From an uncultured Gammaproteobacteria bacterium (GTDB lineage Bacteria; Patescibacteriota; Patescibacteriia; Veblenbacterales; UBA10138), in the NCBI GenBank assembly GCA_964348825.1, contig CAYGDX010000001.1, forward strand, positions 90,909-154,908: a stretch of DNA of 64,000 bases, given 5' to 3'. Below the pieces are notes generated by a model. That model saw only the letters and a program-made list of their open reading frames with translations, did not search any database and was not told where the DNA came from. Made by a program: the position numbers and the translations under genes. This document shows, piece by piece, positions 60,013 to 64,000 of this stretch. Position 1 is the first letter of the stretch; each line of letters starts with the position of its first letter.

Positions 60013-62925
60013 ATGATCAATTTTCCTGAATTAGAAGAAAAAATATTAAAGTTCTGGGAGGAGAACGATATATTTGCTAAAACCATAGAGCAGGGGCGAA
60101 AAAATAATTTGCCGCGATTTGTTTTTTGGGAAGGGCCGCCAACTGCCAATGGGAAGCCAGGGCTTCACCATGTGCTCGCTCGTGCTTTTAAAGATTTAAT
60201 TCCGCGTTATAAAACCATGCGGGGATTTTTGGTGGAAAGAAAAGCGGGTTGGGATACACAAGGATTGCCAGTGGAGTTACAAGTAGAAAAGGCCTTGGGA
60301 TTTAAAGGTAAACCAGATATTGAAAAATACGGCGTAGCGGAATTCAATGCGAAGTGTAAAGAAGACGTGTGGAAATACAAAGCTGATTGGGAAAAATTAA
60401 CCAAGCGGATTGGTTTTTGGGTAGATTTAGAAAAGCCATATATAACTTACGAAAATTATTATATTGAAAGTTTGTGGTGGATTTTGAAAAAAGTTTGGGA
60501 GGCAGAATTGCTTTATAAAGATTATAAAGTGTTGCCGCATTGCCCACGGTGTGGTACGGCCCTTTCCAGTCACGAAGTAGCACAGGGATATAAATCTGTC
60601 ACAGACGTGGCCGTGACAGTTAAGTTCAAAGTTCAAAGCCCAAAGTTCAAAGATACGTTTATTCTTTCTTGGACGACGACGCCGTGGACGTTGCCGGGGA
60701 ATGTGGCGCTCGCTGTAGGTGCGGATGTTACTTATTTAAAAGTTAAATTAAGTAATGAGTATTTTATTTTAGCTAAAGACCGATTAGGAATTTTATCTGA
60801 TCAAGAATTTAAAATAGAAGAGGAAATAAAAGGCCAAGATTTGGTTGGTTTAGAATATGAGCCATTGTTTGATATTAAGCCTTTGCAAAATGATAAATCA
60901 CATCGGGTATACGCGGCGGATTTTGTAACTACAACTGATGGTACAGGTGTAGTGCATACGGCTGTGATGTATGGTGAAGATGATTTTAATTTAGGCACGA
61001 CTGTGGGGTTGCCAAAATATCACACCGTAGATGAAGCTGGTAAGTTTACCCAAGACGTGCCGCAGTGGGCAGGTAAATTTGTGAAAAATAAAGAAGTTGA
61101 ACAAGGAATTATTGATGATTTAAAAACGCGTGGGTTGCTACTTAAAGATGAACTGTATACTCATGATTATCCATTTTGTTGGCGCTGTAGCACGCCGCTT
61201 TTGTATTATGCTAAACCATCTTGGTTTATTAAAATGTCGGCTTTACGTGAAGATTTAAAGTTGGCTAATGAAAAAATAAATTGGTATCCAGAGCATATTA
61301 GAAATGGACGTTTTGGTGAATGGCTTGAAAATGTTAAAGATTGGGCAATTTCGAGAGAAAGATATTGGGGAACGCCACTGCCACTGTGGGTGTGTCAAAT
61401 GTGTAATAAAGTTGCTTGTGTAGGAAGTTTAATTGAATTAGCAGAACTAGTAAAAAATCCGAAATCCGACCCGCCCGCCGACGAGGCAGGAATCCGAAAT
61501 CCGAAATTTGATTTGCACCGTCCGTTTATTGATGAAATTGTTTTGCCATGTTCGTGCGGTGGGGAAATGTGTCGTACGCCGGAAGTGGCCGATTGTTGGT
61601 TTGATTCAGGGAGTATGCCACTCGCGCAGTGGGGCTATCCGCACTTGGCCACTAGTTCCTCGGAGCTAGCCACTAGTTTTCCAGCGGATTATATTGCCGA
61701 AGCAATTGATCAAACACGCGGTTGGTTTTATGTCTTACTTGCGGTGTCAACATTGCTTAAAAAATCTGGTGTCATAAAAGAAATTGATCAAGATAAGATT
61801 ACTCCGCCGTATAAAAATGTTATTTGTTTGGGGCACATCAATGACAAACAGGGTCAAAAAATGTCTAAATCAAAAGGCAATATTGTGGATCCGTGGGAAG
61901 TGATAAATAAATATGGCGTAGATGCTTTGCGTTTTCATCTCTACACCAATAATCAACCAGGCGAGCCGAAAAATTTTGATATTAAGTCGGTTGACGAAGT
62001 AGTGAAAAAAACATTTTTGATTTTGATGAATGTGGTGACGTTTTATGAATTGTATAATTTTCAGGGTGTAGGGAATAGGGTGAAGGGTGTAGGGCAGAAT
62101 GTGATGGATAGGTGGATTTTGGCACTTTTACAAGATGTTGCAAATAAAGTCAGCGCGCATTTGGATAAGTATGAAATTACTGAAGCAGGGCGTTTGCTCG
62201 CTGATTTCGTAACTGATTTATCTACTTGGTATGTACGGCGTAGTCGCGATCGGTTTAAAGCCGGCGGTGAAGAATTAAGCCAAGCGGTACAAACTTTGGG
62301 GTATGTTTTGGGTGAACTCTCAAAACTATTGGCGCCCTTTGCGCCATTTACAGCTGAAGAAATTTACAAGAAAATTGGTGGCAAAGAAGAATCGGTGCAT
62401 TTAGCCAATTGGCCGGAGGTTAAAGATTTGTCAGCTGAACAAAATCAATTTTTAAGCGAGATGGCAAAATTAAAACAAGTGGTAGAAATAGCTTTGGCCA
62501 AGCGCGCTGAAGCGCAAATTAAAATTCGTCAACCACTTCGTTCGCTCAAAGTATCTGGCTTAGATTTGTCTCCGGAGTTAAAGCAAGTATTGGCAGATGA
62601 GGTAAACGTGATGGAGGTTAAATTAAGTGAAGGTGAGTTTGATGTGGAATTGGATACTGAATTAGATGACGAACTTAAAGCGCTTGGTACTTTGCGTGAT
62701 TTTACGCGCGAAGTAAATGCTTTGCGTAAAAAACTTGGATTTACAATTAAAGATTCAGCTGAGCTTGCAGTATTTAGTCCGATAGAGTTTCAGGAGTTAC
62801 TGCAAAAATATAATGATGAAATTTTAAAATCAACTTTAACTAATAAAATTAAATTGACCGATGTAGTTCAAGACCACGAGTTTGAAATTGGTGATATAAA
62901 AATTAGCATTGGATTAATAAAATAA
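60013..62925 (+). CDS. ileS: Isoleucyl-tRNA synthetase
   Basis: HIGH-type PGLHHV, WDTQGLPVE, YPFCWRCSTPLLYYAKPSWFI, KMSKSKGN. In-frame repeat-derived segments at 61456-61510 (NPKSDPPADEAGIRNPKF) and 62064-62096 (GVGNRVKGVGQNV). Confidence 0.9.
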   Translation: MINFPELEEKILKFWEENDIFAKTIEQGRKNNLPRFVFWEGPPTANGKPGLHHVLARAFKDLIPRYKTMRGFLVERKAGWDTQGLPVELQVEKALGFKGKPDIEKYGVAEFNAKCKEDVWKYKADWEKLTKRIGFWVDLEKPYITYENYYIESLWWILKKVWEAELLYKDYKVLPHCPRCGTALSSHEVAQGYKSVTDVAVTVKFKVQSPKFKDTFILSWTTTPWTLPGNVALAVGADVTYLKVKLSNEYFILAKDRLGILSDQEFKIEEEIKGQDLVGLEYEPLFDIKPLQNDKSHRVYAADFVTTTDGTGVVHTAVMYGEDDFNLGTTVGLPKYHTVDEAGKFTQDVPQWAGKFVKNKEVEQGIIDDLKTRGLLLKDELYTHDYPFCWRCSTPLLYYAKPSWFIKMSALREDLKLANEKINWYPEHIRNGRFGEWLENVKDWAISRERYWGTPLPLWVCQMCNKVACVGSLIELAELVKNPKSDPPADEAGIRNPKFDLHRPFIDEIVLPCSCGGEMCRTPEVADCWFDSGSMPLAQWGYPHLATSSSELATSFPADYIAEAIDQTRGWFYVLLAVSTLLKKSGVIKEIDQDKITPPYKNVICLGHINDKQGQKMSKSKGNIVDPWEVINKYGVDALRFHLYTNNQPGEPKNFDIKSVDEVVKKTFLILMNVVTFYELYNFQGVGNRVKGVGQNVMDRWILALLQDVANKVSAHLDKYEITEAGRLLADFVTDLSTWYVRRSRDRFKAGGEELSQAVQTLGYVLGELSKLLAPFAPFTAEEIYKKIGGKEESVHLANWPEVKDLSAEQNQFLSEMAKLKQVVEIALAKRAEAQIKIRQPLRSLKVSGLDLSPELKQVLADEVNVMEVKLSEGEFDVELDTELDDELKALGTLRDFTREVNALRKKLGFTIKDSAELAVFSPIEFQELLQKYNDEILKSTLTNKIKLTDVVQDHEFEIGDIKISIGLIK

Positions 62926-62934
62926 CTTACTCGT

Positions 62935-63055
62935 TTGGTGTCATTCCCGTGAAAACGGGGATCTAGGAATTTAAAAAATCATTTATTATTGGATTCCCGC
63001 CTCCCTCCTTCGTTTATTAAAACTTCGGCAGCACAAGTCGCGGGAATGACAGAAA
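62935..63055. repeat. Family B repeat pair (gtcattcccg-hairpin-ggggatc ... ggattcccgc-hairpin-gcgggaatgac)
   Basis: Same gtcattccc / gggaatcc termini as copies at 3725-3755, 30490-30560, 32683-32740, 33268-33300, 43845-43940. Confidence 0.6.
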
Positions 63056-63085
63056 GAGGTTAAGTGTTTAAGTATTATAAATAAT

Positions 63086-64000
63086 ATGTCAGAACAAATT
63101 GATCAAAAAGAATTAGATGTAATAATAATTGGTACGGGGCCAGCTGGTGGGCAGTGTGCTAGAGAGCTTGCAAAATTAGGCAGGCGAGTAGTATTGCTTG
63201 AGCGTTCGCAAGAGATTGGACAACCTAATTACTCAACCGCTGGCACGCCCAAAGAAACAGTGGAAGAATTTGATTTGCCAGTTAGTGTTTTATCTGCTTC
63301 TTGGAATAGAATATATTTTGAATCAACTAATGCTAAAGCTGAATGGGTATTTCCTGACACGCGTGGTTATGTATTTAATTTTGCGGATTTAAAAAAATTT
63401 TTAGCTGAAGATGCGGCTCGCCATAGTGCCGATATTATGGTAGGAGCAGCAGCAACGGATTTAATTGAGGAAAATGGTAAATATGTTGGCGTAAAATATA
63501 AAGGAATTTTTGGTGAAGGTGAAGTACGAGCGCCACTAATAGTTGATGCGACTGGGCATTGGGGCTTTGTTAATTCTAAGCTTAATCTAAATAAGCCACC
63601 GACTAATGATTTAATCAGTGCTATGGAATTACAAATGTCGGGTATGCCAACGACTTTAAAAAATACTATGGCTTTTTATTTTGGTAGTGTAGCGCCACAA
63701 GGTTATGCTTGGGTTTTTCCAATGGAGCAAAATTGTGCTGCTAAAATAGGCATTGGTTCTTATGGACAATTGCCAGCAGGAGTTGAATTAAAAGTATTAC
63801 TTAAAAATTTTTTAAAAAAATTTCAAACTACTGAACACTTAGAACCAACTGAAATTCATGGTGGCGGTGGTTATATTTCACCGGGTATTAAAGATCATGT
63901 AGTTAAAAATATAGTTATGATCGGTGATGCGGCTTATCAGGTTAATGCTTTGGCTTATGAAGGTATTCGTCATGCTTTGCGTTCAGGACGACTTGCGGCT
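63086..64000 (+). CDS. FAD-dependent oxidoreductase, geranylgeranyl reductase family (3' partial, runs off window end)
   Basis: ATG at 63086. VIIIGTGPAGGQCARELAKLGRRVVLLER Rossmann FAD motif. Open frame continues to position 64000. Confidence 0.55.
   Translation, partial: MSEQIDQKELDVIIIGTGPAGGQCARELAKLGRRVVLLERSQEIGQPNYSTAGTPKETVEEFDLPVSVLSASWNRIYFESTNAKAEWVFPDTRGYVFNFADLKKFLAEDAARHSADIMVGAAATDLIEENGKYVGVKYKGIFGEGEVRAPLIVDATGHWGFVNSKLNLNKPPTNDLISAMELQMSGMPTTLKNTMAFYFGSVAPQGYAWVFPMEQNCAAKIGIGSYGQLPAGVELKVLLKNFLKKFQTTEHLEPTEIHGGGGYISPGIKDHVVKNIVMIGDAAYQVNALAYEGIRHALRSGRLAA

Overview
This is an AT-rich (roughly 35% GC by eye) contig from an uncultivated-type bacterium, and I cannot place it taxonomically from sequence alone. 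It reads like a Patescibacteria/CPR-like or FCB-like genome with a reduced core. Nearly all genes are on the + strand.

Gene content, in order:
- A proS tail, an FAD oxidoreductase, proA and a low-molecular-weight phosphatase.
- htrA, then large secreted proteins, two with InlB-B-repeat-like domains and one with a T9SS-type C-terminal sorting domain.
- A complete type IV pilus locus: pilM/N/O, two major pilins, pilB, a catalytically degenerate pilT-like ATPase, pilC, pilD and four minor pilins, with two 'four-helix-bundle' genes interspersed.
- ligA, gatC and gatA, DedA, three tandem DsbA paralogs and lgt.
- tRNA-Asp on the minus strand, with partial duplicates of itself on both sides.
- A block of giant proteins of unknown function: a 923-aa acidic protein, small acidic proteins, a 1658-aa tape-measure-like protein and a Tat-signal M23 peptidase.
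- A roughly 4-kb GC-richer island of minus-strand secreted/membrane proteins, including an outer-membrane-beta-barrel-like protein.
- smpB next to a putative tmRNA, then a GIY-YIG protein, infC-rpmI-(SPFH)-rplT, argS, ileS and a geranylgeranyl-reductase-like start.

The most unusual property is the density of modular, hairpin-forming repeats. There are at least six families, found in nearly every intergenic spacer. Several are inserted in-frame inside essential genes (pilD, argS, ileS). Some flank single genes like cassettes: a wHTH/Cas2-like gene sits between two identical 36-38-bp perfect palindromes, and dsbA-2 sits between inverted, covarying roughly 170-nt structured elements. No CRISPR array, rRNA or recognisable transposase or integrase is present.
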